This document shows, one piece after another, positions 23,747 to 36,070 of a DNA stretch of 64,000 nucleotides. A model generated the notes under the pieces. That model searched no databases, was not told the DNA's origin, and saw only the letters and a list, made by a program, of their open reading frames with translations. The stretch lies in assembly GCA_964106645.2 (NCBI GenBank), contig OZ067045.1; one strand, written 5' to 3'. The stretch's first letter is position 1; every line of letters begins with the position of its first letter. This DNA comes from Podarcis pityusensis. Its lineage: Eukaryota. A program made the translations under genes and the position numbers.

Positions 23747-26514
23747 TTGTTGTTGTTGTTGTTTAGTCGTTTAGTCATGTCTGACTCTTCGTGACTCCAT
23801 GGACCAGAGCACGCCAGGCACTTCTGTCTTCCACTGCCTCCCGCAGTTTGGTCAAATTCCTGCTGGTAGCTTCAAGAACACCATCCAACCATCTTATCCT
23901 CTGTTGTCCCCTTCTCCTTGTGCCCTCCATCTTTCCCAACATCAGGGTCTTTTCCAGGGAGTCTTCTCTTCTCATGAGGTGGCCAAAGTATTGTAGCCTC
24001 AGCTTCACGATCTGTCCTTCCAGTGAGCACTCAGGGCTGATTTCCTTCAGAATGGATACGTTTGATCTTCTTGCAGTCCATGGGACTCTCAAGAGTCTCC
24101 TCCAGCACCATAATTCAAAAGCATCAATTCTTCGGCGATCAGCCTTCTTTATGGTCCAGCTCTCACTTCCATACATCACTACTGGGAAAACCATGGCTTT
24201 AACTATACGGACTTTGTTGGCAAGGTGATGTCTCTGCCTTTTAAGATGCTGTCTAGGTTTGTCATTGCTTTTCTCCCAAGAAGCAGGCGTCTTTTAATTT
24301 CGCAACTGCTGTCACCATCTGCAGTGATCATGGAGACCAAGAAAGTAAAATCTCTTACTGCCTCCATTTCTTCCCCTTCTATTTGCCAGGAGGTGATGGG
24401 ACAGGTGGCCATGATCTTCTTTTTTTTGATGTTGAGCTTCAGACCATATTTTGCGCTCTCCTCTTTCACCCTCAATAAAAGTTTCTTTAATTCCTCCTCA
24501 CTTTCTGCCATCAAGGTTGTGTCATTTGCATATCTGAGGTTGTTGATATTTCTTCCCGCAATCTTAATTCCGGCTTCGGATTCATCCAGCCCAGCCTTTC
24601 GCATGATGAATTCTGCATATAAGTTAAATAAGCAGGGAGACAATATACAGCCTTGTCGTACTCCTTTCCCAATTTTGAGCAAATCAGTTGTTCCATATCC
24701 AGTTCTAACTGTAGCTTCTTGTCCCACATAGAGATTTCTCAGGAGACAGATGAGGTGATCAGGCACTCCCATTTCTTTAAGAACTTGCCATAGTTTGCTG
24801 TGGTCGACACAGTCAAAGGCTTTTGCATAGTCAATGAAGCAGAAGTAGATGTCTTTCTGGAACTCTCTAGCTTTCTCCATAATCCAGCGCATGTTTGCAA
24901 TTTGGTCTCTGGTTCCTCTGCCTCTTCTAAATCCAGCTTGCACTTCTGGGAGTTCTCGGTCCACATACTGCTTGAGCCTTCCTTGTAGAATTTTAAGCAT
25001 AACCTTGCTAGCGTGTGAAATGAGTGCAATTGTGTGGTAGTTGGAGCATTCTTTGGGACTGCCCTTCTTTGGGATTGGGATGTAGACTGATCTTCTCCAG
25101 TCCTCTGGCCACTGCTGAGTTTTCCAAACTTGCTGGCATATTGAGTGTAGCACCTTAACAGCATCATCTTTTACAATTTTAAATAGTTCAGCTGGAATAC
25201 CATCACTTCCACTGGCCTTGTTATTTGCAGTGCTTTCTAAGGCCCATTTGACTTCACTCTCCAGGATGTCTGGCTCAAGGTCAGCAACCACACTACCTGG
25301 GGTGTACGAGCCATCCATATCTTTCTGGTATAATTCCTCTGTGTATTCTTGCCACCTCTTCTTGATGTCTTCTGCTTCTGTTAGGTCCTTACCACTTTTG
25401 TCCTTTATTATGGTAATCTTTGTACGAAATGTCCCTTTCATATCTCCAATTTTCTTGAACAGATCTCTGGTTCTTCCCATTCTGTTGTTTTCCTCTATTT
25501 CTTTGCATTGCTCGTTTAAGAAGGCCTTCTTGTCTCTCCTTGCTTTTTTTTGGAAATCTGCATTCAATTTCCTGTATCTTTCACTATCTCCCTCGCATTT
25601 TGCTTGCCTTCTCTCCCCCGCTATTTGTAAGGCCTCGTTGGACAGCCACTTTGCTTTCTTACATTTCTTTTTCATTGGGATGGTTTTCGTTGCTGCCTCC
25701 TGTATAATTTTGCGAGCCTCCACCCATAGTTCTTCAGGCACTCTGTCCAGCAAATCTAAATCCTTGAACCTGTTCCTCACTTCCACTGTGTATTCATAAG
25801 GGATTTGGTTTAGATTGTATCTTACCGGCCCAGTTGTTTTTCTTACTTTCTTCAGTTTAAACTTGAATTTTGCTATAAGAAACTGATGATCTGAGCCACA
25901 GTCAGCTCCAGGTCTTGTTTTTGCTGACTGTATAGAGCTTCTCCATCTTTGGCTGCAGAGAATATAATCAATCTGATTTCGATGTTGCCCATCTGGTGAT
26001 GTCCATGTGTAGAGTCGTCTCTTGTGTTGTTGGAAAGGCGTGTTTGTGATGACCAACTTGTTCTCTTGACAGAACTCTATTAGCCTTTGCCCTGCTTCGT
26101 TTTGATCTCCAAGGCCAAACTTGCCAGTTGTTCCTTTTATCTCTTGATTCCCTACTTTAGCATTCCAATCCCCTATAATGAGAAGAACATCCTTCTTTGG
26201 TGTCACTTCTATAAGGTCTTGTAAGTCTTCATAGAATTGGTCAATTTCAGCTTCTTCAACACCAGTAGTTGGTGCATAAACTTGGATTACTGTGATGTTA
26301 AAAGGTCTGCCTTGGATTCGTATCGAGATCATTCTATCATTTTTGAGATTGCATCCCAGTACAGCTTTCATCACTCTTTTGTTGACTATGAGGGCTACTC
26401 CATTTCTTTTACGGGTTTCTTGCCCACAGTAGTAGATATGATAGTCATCTGAACTGAATTCGCCCATTCCCGTCCATTTTAGTTCACTGATGCCCAGGAT
26501 GTCAATATTTATTC
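23747..26514 (-). mobile_element. Bov-B (RTE clade) LINE, 5'-truncated, ~2.77 kb
   Basis: APE-RT ORF with Bov-B-type sequence (YTWTSPDGQHRNQIDY, RPGADCGSDH, FCFIDYAKAFDCV, GVRQGCILSP); (CAA)n 3' tail; 12-bp TSD ATGATTCAAAAT (23735-23746, 26518-26529). Confidence 0.97.
23775..26467 (-). pseudogene. Disrupted Bov-B endonuclease/reverse transcriptase ORF (754-aa plus 139-aa pieces)
   Basis: 1-bp frameshift near 24212 (LPTK|VRIVKAMVFP), catalytic YADD changed to YAND (codon 24524-24526), TGA at 23775-23777 just before the natural end, N-terminus of the APE domain missing. Confidence 0.93.
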
Positions 26515-26977
26515 AAAATGATTCAAAATACTAAGCCCTTATTTCAACTTTAGGTGTGAAAGGATTTTTCTTCCCCCGACCCTTTTAAAAAATGATGGAT
26601 GCATATGCATCTATACAACCAGTTATAGATTAACAATTCTGAATGCCACTGGGAAGAGAGAGAGAAAAGAAACTTAATTTTTTCATTTCATTCATCACAG
26701 CTTTTTAATAAGAATGTCATTACTTAATCCCCTTTGCTTTTTTGTTTTGAACAATGGGACCAAGCTCCTTGGTTTTCCAGAGTGACCCACAACTGAGAAA
26801 TTGATGAATAGTTTCAGGGAAGGGTGGAGTAAATTACCCATTATTCATAATTGTCTAATGAAGCATTAACCCAAATCTTTAATGGTTGAGATCGGAGCCA
26901 AACAGTTTATGACTGATATCTAAAATCCAAAACCACTTTGATTTAACTCACTTGCTCTTTGCAGGGGGGTGGGGGGT

Positions 26978-27013
<36 letters not shown>

Positions 27014-27829
27014 GGAATTGCTTTCTCAATTCATGCAATTACTCCAAAAATAACACCCTTCTATAGATGAACCAAAGGGTTGGGAAAATATTATCATAAG
27101 GGTGTAATGTCTTCCAGAGGATTTACACAGCTGACAATGAAGGTATTTAGGGGGGTTTCTGTTAGCAGTGACACGCCATGATATACGGCTTTGCATTTTA
27201 TTTTATACTTCCTACCCATCCACGAAGACACAGCTTTATTGCAGTTTTGTCTTTCAAAGAACTGTAAGCTCATTCAGAAAGGTCTGTGGCCATGTTGTTG
27301 TTTCTAGAGTTCCTTAACTTTAATCACAAGAACCTTCTTCCAGATTCCCCCCCCCTTTTTTTCTTTTGAAAAATACATTTCTATAGATCGATCACACAGC
27401 TAACTTCTTAACTTTTCATGTATTCATATTAAATGGCCCTCACTTATCCTCACTCACCATTACTGGCCATTAGTTCAGTGATTCTCAAATGCTGGATCTG
27501 TGAAACTCCATCCCACTGAAGTCTCATCTTCTGGTTAGTGAAGATGCCATTTTAAGAAAAGCTGAGCTTGGTTTTAGGTAGGTGGTCCGCTTTTGCTTTT
27601 TCTATTGCCAGAGAAGTACATCCAGAGCAAGTTCCAAGTTTTGTTTGGGGTCTTAGGAAATATATCATGGGTGAGTTTACACCATCAACCGCTCCTGAGC
27701 CCTCCAGATCCAATGCGGAGCTTGGGAAGTTCATTATAAACAGGAACTGTTTTGAGTTTGAGTACAACATGCCACAAAATGAACTAATTATAGTTTACAT
27801 TCATCCCTTTAAAAAAACAAACAGTTCAC

Positions 27830-27973
27830 AGAATCATAGAATTGTAGAGTTGGAAGGAACCATGAGGGTCATCTAGTCCAACCCCCTGCAATGCAGGAAT
27901 CTTTTGCCCGAGGTGGGGCTCAAACCCACAGCCTTGAGATTAAGAGTCTCATGCTCTACCGACTGAGCTATCC
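27830..27973 (-). mobile_element. tRNA-Lys(CTT)-derived SINE with CR1 family A tail (P.s.1/SINE-like)
   Basis: Reverse complement GGATAGCTCAGTCGGTAGAGCATGAGACTCTTAATCTCA..GAGCCCCAC fused to ATTCCTGCATTGCAGGGGGTTGGACTAGATGACC..ATTCTATGATTCT. Confidence 0.88.
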
Positions 27974-28127
27974 AAATGATCCTTTGCAATGTTTCCATTC
28001 CAGCATTCGGAATGTTACAAGCTGCTATGCTGAAAGATAAAATATATGTCGGAGGACTAAGTGGAATGTGATTTTTTAATTTTATTTTAGAGTTTGCTTT
28101 TCCCAAAAAATATGATCTTCAAACTGA

Positions 28128-28552
28128 AGGAACACAAGACAAGCTGTTGGGTCAGGACAATGTCCCATCTAGTCCAGCATCCTGTTCTCACTGTAGCCTG
28201 CAAGCAGGACATGAGGACAACAGTACTCTGCCCAGGTGTGATTCCCAGTGAGGTCCAGTGTGGTGTAGTGGTTAAGAGCAGTGGACTCATAATCTGGTGA
28301 ACTGGGTTCGCGTCTCCACTCCTCCACATGCAGCTGCTGGGTGACCCTGGGCTAGTCACACTTCTCTGAAGTCTCTCAGTCCCACTCACCTCACAGAGTG
28401 TTTGTTGTAGAGGAGGAAGGGAAAGGAGAATGTTAGCCACTTTGAGACTCCTTCGGGTAGTGGTAAAGCGGGATATCAAATCCAAACTCTTCTTCTTCTT
28501 CCCAGGAACTGATATTCAGAAGCACACAGTGGAGGTAGAGCACAGCCATTGT
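28128..28552 (-). mobile_element. CR1 family B 3'UTR interrupted by a Squam3 SINE
   Basis: CCATCTAGTCCAGCATCCTGTTCTCAC ... AACTGATATTCAGAAGC..GGAGGTAGAGCACAGCCAT. Confidence 0.75.
28253..28499 (+). mobile_element. Squam3-type SINE
   Basis: CCAGTGTGGTGTAGTGGTTAAGAGC..CAAATCCAAACT(CTT)n; flanking TTCCCAG direct repeat. Confidence 0.9.
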
Positions 28553-28724
28553 GTCTGGGGCCTTAAGGTGAATTGGGATGATGATGATGATAATGATAAT
28601 GATGATGATGATAGTAGCTGTTTATAGTCTTGTCTTCCATGGCCCAAAGAGTCTGAAGAGTAACCACCACAACAAAGCCACGTGTAAGTGAAGGAACTTG
28701 AAGATGAACAAGAAATTGTGCATA

Positions 28725-28860
28725 CCGTATTTTTTGCTCTATAAGTCTCACTTTTTCCCTCCTAAAAAGTAAGGGGAAATGTGTGTGCATCTTATGGAGC
28801 GAATGTAGGCTGCACAGCTATCCCACAAGCCAGAATAGCAAGAGAAATTGCTGCCAGGGA
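28725..28860. mobile_element. Tc1/mariner-type DNA transposon terminal fragment
   Basis: TA followed by CCGTATTTTTTGCTCTATAAG.C.CAC terminus and a subterminal GTGC.TCTTATGGAGCGAA; no second end seen. Confidence 0.55.
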
Positions 28861-29244
28861 AGCACAATGGAGCAGTCAGCAATAAGTCATGGGGTGCAGT
28901 CAAAGCCAGATCAAACCACACCTTGCAGGAACTTGCCAACCATTAGTTTGGCTAGATCAGAGGTTTTTCAAACCCATTCAGTGAAAATCATTAAACACTA
29001 CTAATTCGTTCCAAGCCCTGATCTAATACCCCTTACTACCCAGTGGAAAGAGGCTGGTGAGTGAGCCCACAGTTTTGGCTACTGCTCCTCTGAGATTCAG
29101 TTTCTTGAGCTACTTTCCCTCTGGGCCAGAAGGACACCACAGGTGACATGAGATCCATAAGCAAACGCCAGCAATTTCTGCTCTGGTTTCTGACATCCCT
29201 AGCCAGGAAAGAGCCCCCCCCCACACACACACACCAGAAACCAC

Positions 29245-29385
29245 AGAGAGCTGCTGCCAGTCAGTGCAGGCTATACTGAGATAGATGGACCAGTGGTCCA
29301 TCATTGTCCTGCATGGGACAATGACAATAAAGTTATCGTATATCGTATATCGGTCTGAGACTTGGTAAGGGGCAGCTTCTAATGT
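29245..29385 (+). mobile_element. 3' half of a tRNA-Ala SINE carrying a nested insertion
   Basis: GAGAGCTGCTGCCAGTCAGTG..GATGGACCAGTGGTC | GGTCTGA..GGCAGCTTC. Confidence 0.7.
29299..29351 (+). mobile_element. Extremely 5'-truncated LINE tail, Rex1/Babar-like
   Basis: Hairpin CATTGTCC-TGCATG-GGACAATG, then ACAATAAAG and a (TATCGTA)n tandem tail; GGTC direct repeat on both sides. Confidence 0.65.
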
Positions 29386-30369
29386 AAGAAAACAGCTGCT
29401 GATCTCCTACTCTGGCTTCTTAAAAGTGTTTTGGGGGGTTGTTTCGGGGTTTTGTTGTCCACCCCCCCAAGTCTCTAAATATAATGCTTTTCACAGAAAT
29501 AATTCTTTTTAAAAAGCCATCCATTCATGTAACCTTATGAGCTCATAAGGATTGAAGGCCAGAAGGGAGCAGTTTGCAAAAGGTATGTTTTGAGGAGGAG
29601 GGGGCAGGAGTGAATCTCAAAGCATTCCATAGGCTATGCACTGCTGTTGTACATAATTGTTAAGCAGGAAAGATCACAGACGTCTCAAATTATGAATGGC
29701 CACTAGCAATTATTCTTTTCAATGGAGCAATTTGAATCATGGAAGGAAAATAAAGGGGAAATATTTCTTTCACTCTCTCGCACACATAACCTCCCCCTTT
29801 CCAGGTTAGAAACCTCTAGCTTCACCTATCATGCATGAAACAAAGAATTTTCTAGAAGATTCTGTGTTGTGGGTGTGGCAGAACATTTTGATTTTGAAGC
29901 AAGGCATGCACTCTTTGCATGTGTGAGAGAGGAAGAGACAGAGTGTGTCACTCTTCTTTTCTAGGGTTAGAGTTAGGGTCCTGTGGAATGACAGGAGCAA
30001 TGGGTGCAAATTTTACCTTTGCACAATAAGCTGGTTTCTACACTCACACTCAACCTCTACCATCCATCCAAGCAAACAACAGGCATTATTAAGGGCACAT
30101 TCCAGCTAGGCAAAAAACTCTCAAGGAGAGGGTGTGGCAAGGCTGGTGAGGGGTGCAGCCTGAGAAGAGGGTGTGTTGCTGGGGAAGAGGGTATGGGCCA
30201 GAATTCGGCCCCCAGGCCTGAGAATTCCTACCGCTGTAGTAGGCAGCTTCAGTATAAGGCAGCTTCCTATCTAAGCTCTAAGTTGCAATCGTCTGCATTC
30301 AGATTTAAGTGGTTTGGTTTATTTCAGAGAATGAGAAATGATCTGGAGAAGATTAGTCTACAACTGCAG

Positions 30370-30372
<3 letters not shown>

Positions 30373-30413
<41 letters not shown>
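30373..30413. repeat. (TA)n microsatellite
   Basis: Directly visible. Confidence 0.95.
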
Positions 30414-30416
<3 letters not shown>

Positions 30417-30900
30417 ATCCCACCCCAGTCTTGAACTCCCTTTGATTTACATTCATCAAATAATTCACACCTCACCTCCCAGAGCGAACTAAAATTAAAT
30501 TAAGTGTCAACGTGTGAGAAAGTTACTCTCAAATTAACAACTGGCACACACTTCAGTTGTGGCTTTGGCACACAACATTTGCTGCATTTGCTTGGGAATA
30601 TTTTGTGCTTATTATTCATAGCACAATCTCTCTGTGTGTTTTCACAAGCATATTCATAGTGCACGCTCTCTCTTTTGGCTCTCTATCTTTTTTTGTGGGT
30701 GGGGGGGATTTAAGACCTCAGCTTTATTCTTGTCAGCCAATATTTTGCATTCTCACTCTCTGGCTCTGCAAAGAATTACATCATCGCAAACAGGGGGTGG
30801 GGAATCTTCTTGCATAAGCCAGCCTGCTTTCAGGACTTTGAGCTTTGTGCCCCTTGACCGCTATAGACTAAGGGCCAAAATAGATTATATGTTCAGTGCA

Positions 30901-31097
30901 GGGAAGGGGCCATAGCTCAGTATTTGAGCACCTGCTTTGCATGCAGAAGGTCCCAGGTTCAGTCCCCGGCATTTGCAGGTAGGGCTGGGAGAGACACCCT
31001 GTCTGAAATCCTGGAAAGCTGCTGCCGGTCAGTGTAGACAATACTAAGCTAGGTGGGCTCAGTGGTCTGACTCAGTATAAGGCAGCTTCCTATGTTT
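30901..31097 (+). mobile_element. tRNA-Ala-derived SINE, full length
   Basis: A box (ATAGCTCAGT), B box (GGTTCAGTCCC), body, and AAGGCAGCTTCCTATGTT tail. Confidence 0.88.
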
Positions 31098-31515
31098 CTC
31101 TGTCCATAAGCATTTAATGTATCTGATGGATTTAAAAACAACAACAACCCTTAAATAACAACTCTGGAATTGGGGTGAGGAATGGGACTGTGATGCACAG
31201 GTAGAGCAGGTTAACCCTTTCCCACAGCATCACAGTGCCAATGAAAGCCACCCTCTTCTTATTAACCCTAGTCTGTGTGGCAGTAAGTAATCCTTTGGGT
31301 ACCTGAGTTTCAGGTCATATGGCTATTCAAGGAAAACACCATCTATTTAAGTTCATGTTTCCAATCTCAAAGATTCAGAACCCTGCAACTGATGGTCTAT
31401 AAGCTTTTAAAGTGAAAGGAGTTCCTGCTTTCCCTCTCTCTGCTTAAAAATCTCTCGCAGCTCATGAAGCAGATTGGGTTTTGATTGAAGAAACCTGCTG
31501 TGGTCTGAGTTTCAA

Positions 31516-31655
31516 TCAGGAATGGGGAACATGTGGTCCTCCGGATGTTGCTGGACTCCAACTCCCATCAGCCCAGTGAGTGCAGTTAATGGTCTCAGAG
31601 ATGATGGGTGTTGTAGTCTAATGACATCTGGATGGTTGCAGCTTTCCCATCCCTG
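31516..31655. mobile_element. hAT-type MITE (CAGGGATGGGGAAC family)
   Basis: CAGGAATGGGGAAC..TTCCCATCCCTG termini with an ACTCCCATCA/TGATGGG palindrome; related copies at 31820-31940, 46315-46450, 49545-49672, 49909-50045, 60675-60820. Confidence 0.7.
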
Positions 31656-31690
31656 GTTGAAATGAATGGCTGTTAGAGCATTTCCTAGCA

Positions 31691-31693
<3 letters not shown>

Positions 31694-31743
<50 letters not shown>
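31694..31743. repeat. (TC)n microsatellite
   Basis: Directly visible. Confidence 0.95.
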
Positions 31744-31746
<3 letters not shown>

Positions 31747-32044
31747 CACCTAAGTTGTTGTGCAGACATTAGGGGTGCATAAATATCTTCAGTTCCATTT
31801 CTCTTCTTGTTGTATGGCATTGGTGACCCTCCAGATGTTGCAGGCTAAAACTGCCATGATCCTTGACCATTGACCATGTTGCCTGGGCTGATGGGCTTGG
31901 AGTCTGACAACACCTAGAGGGCCACAGGTTGGCGAAGGGTAGATAATAAATTTAGTAATGATGATTACAGCAACAGCAATGTGTGGTGAACACTAAAGGA
32001 TCACAAAATGTCCATCGTGGTCTGACTCAGTATAAGACAGCTAG

Positions 32045-32138
32045 GCTAGCTTAGTCAGTAGTGCATGAGAATCTTAATATCAGAGTCATGGGCAAACTAT
32101 CCCTGCATTCTCATAGAATCAGAATTGGAAGGGACCCT

Positions 32139-32176
<38 letters not shown>

Positions 32177-32410
32177 AAAGTGCAACTGATTCCCTGCTAG
32201 TTTTGCACGACTCTCAAGTGCTTACTTAAACTTTTCTAGTCCAATCCCCTGCAATGCACGAACATGCAGCTGTCTCCTACAGGGATCAAACTTGCAGCCT
32301 TGGCATCATCAACACCATGGTCTAACCAATTGAGTTATCCACCTCAAGGAGATGAACTAGGCAGCCCTTGGTGTCCCTTCCCACTCTACAATTTGACGAT
32401 TCTATGATTC
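32045..32410. mobile_element. Nested SINEs: plus-strand tRNA-Lys/CR1 SINE interrupted by a minus-strand tRNA-Ile/CR1 SINE (~32112-32345)
   Basis: GCTAGCTTAGTCAGTAG.GCATGAGA head at 32045 with its CR1 tail at 32350-32410; inner copy is the reverse of the 60990 type. Confidence 0.7.
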
Positions 32411-33369
32411 CAATGTTACTGTAATACAAAATGCTTCAACAGTTTCTCAGGACAGAGGTTCACCATGAGAGGGGTCTGGAGACCTACATCTTTCTTTTTC
32501 CCCCTCAAGAGTTTTTGTTTGTTTGCCAATGCAAGTGGCAACAGCAGGATTTGTGTTGACAGCCTGGATGCCCCAGTCCTGGTATCGCTTCAAGCAGGGA
32601 ATTTGTGTCCATTACAGAAGAAAATGAAGGCAAATATATAGACAAAATTCCGCAATGTGACCTTTTTTTTGGAGGGGTGGTGGAAAGGAAATAAAGATCC
32701 CAGAAATTTTCCCAGGAAAATGTCTTCTGAGAAATGTTGGCACAGCTCGAGTGTATATATATACACACACACAGTATAAAGTGCAATTTCCAGGCAGCCT
32801 TTTATTCAGTCATGAAACTGATTCCCTGCTAGTTGTGCACGACTCTCAAGTGCTTACTTAAACTTTTCTCATTGTTTTAGAATGTTTAATAGGCATATAA
32901 AATTATTCAGCCTATTTCCGCATGAATGCACTTGTGTTCTTTACATTTTTAAATAATCCAAAGGAGAGAATGTGCTCCCTCCCCGTAAACACAATGCTTT
33001 CCTTCCCCGCTCATTGTAGAGGGATCTCATTTCCCCCCACTTCTGCTTTTCTTCTCATTTCCCATGTTTGCTGAAAGTCCTTTCCCCCCGCCTCCCCCAG
33101 AACAAAAGAGCCGGGCCATGTGAAAGCCGAGGCCGCGAACCTTCAGCTTACACTGTACTGTACTGAAATACCTGCACAAGGGGATAGTCCTCAAGGTGTC
33201 GGGGCACCTGGTACAATATGCTTAAGGGGCTAGGTTGCTTAGGGTCACCAGTCTGTGGGATGGGACCAGACTTCAAATTATTATACTACCCATGTTCATA
33301 TGTCTTAGACACTAGAATAATAGACATGGCTCCCACTTCATATCTACCTTGGTCCCCCCAGTGTAATAT

Positions 33370-33535
33370 ATAGCCTTATCCATGAATTTGTCTGATCCTC
33401 TTTTAAAGCCATCCAAGTTGGTGGTTGTCACTGCCTCTCGTGGGAATGAGTTCCATAGTTTAACTGCATAAATAAGTACTTCTTTTTTATCTGTCCTGAA
33501 TCTTCCAACATTCAGCGTCACTGCATATCCAATGA
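33370..33535 (-). mobile_element. CR1 family B ORF2 C-terminal fragment
   Basis: Peptide LNVGRFRTDKK..VKLWNSFPREAVTTTNLDGFKRGSDKFM. Confidence 0.85.
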
Positions 33536-35569
33536 AAAAAAGGAGAGAAACTGAAAAGGAAAATAATACATGCCAACCGTAGATGAATTCTTTTAGTGAA
33601 GACAGAGGTGGTTGATGCTGGAATTGGGGGACAAATGGCATGTTGTGTGAAATGTGTGTTTTCTGATTGTGTGGCTCCTTTTAAAATTTCAAATAGGAGC
33701 CATGTGGCCCACCTGATCAGAGTCGGGGGCACCACAAGGAGTGGGGAAGATTATTTGGCACAGAAGGGCCATGGGTTGTAGCCAACTTAAATCAGAGTAG
33801 ATTGAAATGAATGGGCCTTGGTATGTCTTGCCTATTCCATTCAATGGGCCTACTCTGGGTAGGACTAATGCTGGATACAACCCCGTGTATCTTCCTTTAC
33901 TGAGCATGGTCCTCTGTTTGAAAGTGTCCCCTCTTAGAAAGGATGTTTGGACCAAGTGCTGTTTTTAAATGTAATGAATCATCGGGGGGGGGAGGATCAG
34001 GGGCTGTAAAGTTGCCTATCAACAGGTGCACAGGTGTAGACCTTTGAGGGGCCACATCTCGCCATGAGGTTCCCTGCTCCCGCGTGGAGAGTTGTTCTCC
34101 TGTCTGTGGTGCTGAAATGAAATTCAGCTGCCGTTCTGGCTGGCTTGTGTTGATGGAAGGCCCTTTGTGGTGGAGTGGGGTGGATCCTGTCCTTCACTTT
34201 GGCAGCAAAATGTCCCAAGTTGCCTCTGTTGCCCACAGGAGTGGTAATCTGTGTGTCATAAGCCATTTCCTGACAACCCGCTTGTATACTTTTCAAAAAT
34301 TGAACATAAGGAGCTGTTCATCACATGATTGGAAATTGGAAACGTAAAAACAGACCACTTGCTTACCCTAGCTATAAATCCTTGTACAAATAGCTTCCAT
34401 GGATGAAATTGCAGCCCGATTGAAGCCAGTGGTTTTTCCACTGAAATCAACAGAGGAAAAATTTATGCCATGTGAAAGTACACATGTGTGCGTTATGAAC
34501 AGAATTTAGCTCATAACATTAGCTGGATTTATGATCCAGGAGAAGCCTGTATAACAACTTTTCCAATAAGGTTCCTTCTCTAAAGTGTGGGACATTACCC
34601 GCTCGCCGAGATGCCTTTTACGCCAAGAATACAGTTGTCATTCACTTCACTTAATGAGGTTATGGATGCTAAATTATCCCCTTACATAAAATGTGCTTTT
34701 ATACTGCAGATTACAAAGGTTTTAAGAAGTTTAATATGCCACTTTTTAATTGATGATGGGTACCCTAAAGGAGTCTCTCCCCCCCCCCTTCTGTTTACTG
34801 CAGTAGCATGCAGACATATCATTATATTACAGAAGATAATTGTTGCAAATGGGATTTGGGTCAGTGAAGGCAGCTATGATTTATCCTGAATAAAGAAGCA
34901 CGGGGTGATATAAAATTGTAAATATAATCATCAAAGGCACACTTTTTTCTTTTTTCTTTGCAATGAGATCGCTGAGTTTTAAATGTAATTTCTTCTAGCC
35001 TTACTCTGCCACTTAGCTTCAGACAAACATGCATTTTTATTGCATTCGTGTTGCATGCAATATCTACTTGCATCACTGACATGTTCTTTCAATTTCACTG
35101 TGATGGTTATTCACCCAAAATAGCTATCATTCATGGCTGTCAAACCTCCTCGCTTTATTTATGTATGGATTTAGCTGTACAACATCTAGACATTTGCTTG
35201 GCAGATTTAATGGTTATTCCTTATTATTTTTCAAACTGTAAAATGGGGATTCACATAGCATCAGGCTTGCTAAGAATTTGGCTTTGAACCCAGTATGTGT
35301 TGTATACTTTTTTTTACTACTGGAAAGTCAAGAGTCGTTTTACTAGGGGTCCCGCAGGCACAATCAGAACTGCTTTTTGCAGGGTAGGATGCAACGGCTT
35401 GGTAACTTTTTCAGGTCTTCCACAACTGATGCAAATTAATGATACTGTGGAAGCGAAGGAGACAGAACAGATCCTCACTGCTGCATCCACTGAAAGTGAC
35501 ACATGTCTGAACAAGAAGTTTCATTATACCTGGTTAGACACTTTGTTCCCCTTTGTGATTTTGTCTGGG

Positions 35570-36070
35570 GTGGAAAACCTCAGACATTGGGACAAACAAC
35601 CAGTCTTGGGATTTTTCCCTAGGACATAACCTCTCTTCACACACCCCTCACTGGTTCTGCTCTGCATTCTTCTCAAGTACTTTTGCCTAGCTAGAATGTG
35701 ATAATATTCCTTCCTTGCCTGAGTTGAGGTTGGAAAGATGTATGCATGTTAGGGATGTGCATGGACCACCTAACCTGACCTGTGCCTCCTAAGGGCACCT
35801 GTGCCACCCCACCCCAGATCCATCCCTGAATCAATGTTGTGGTCTTGGAACTCTCCCTAGGCCACACCCTTCACTGGACCTCTTTTGCAACCTGGCTTAT
35901 CTGGAGGGCAGAGAGGAGTGTGTGAGTGTGTGTCAGAACTACTGTCCAAAGGTGACATTGACATCTGTTACTCCACCCACCTTTGCCTCTGGCCCTGCAC
36001 ACCACCGCCATGTGGCCCTCAGAAGGTTACCCAAAAGGCAACGTGGCCCTTGGGAGGAAAAGTGCTCTGA
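35570..36070. mobile_element. Degenerate hAT-like non-autonomous element
   Basis: GGGGTGG.AAACCT start and GTGGCCCT end motifs shared with 51905-52232 and 53345-53660. Confidence 0.45.

Noticed and set aside
23791-25799. Plus-strand ORFs of 145, 168 and 193 aa
   Set aside because: Antisense shadows of the Bov-B ORF
27905-27975. tRNA-Lys(CTT) gene on the minus strand
   Set aside because: 5' acceptor stem missing, T-loop TTC changed to TTT, and fused to a CR1 tail: it is a SINE head
30004-30492. 162-aa ORF
   Set aside because: Crosses repeat fragments and a (TA)n tract; no recognisable protein
30901-30980. tRNA-Ala gene
   Set aside because: Continues into a multicopy SINE body; stems are degenerate
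34367-34440. Minus-strand 74-nt exon-like segment (TTTCAG|...|GTAAGC)
   Set aside because: Two of three frames are closed, the open peptide is unrecognised, and the acceptor overlaps a common old-repeat motif; not supportable as coding
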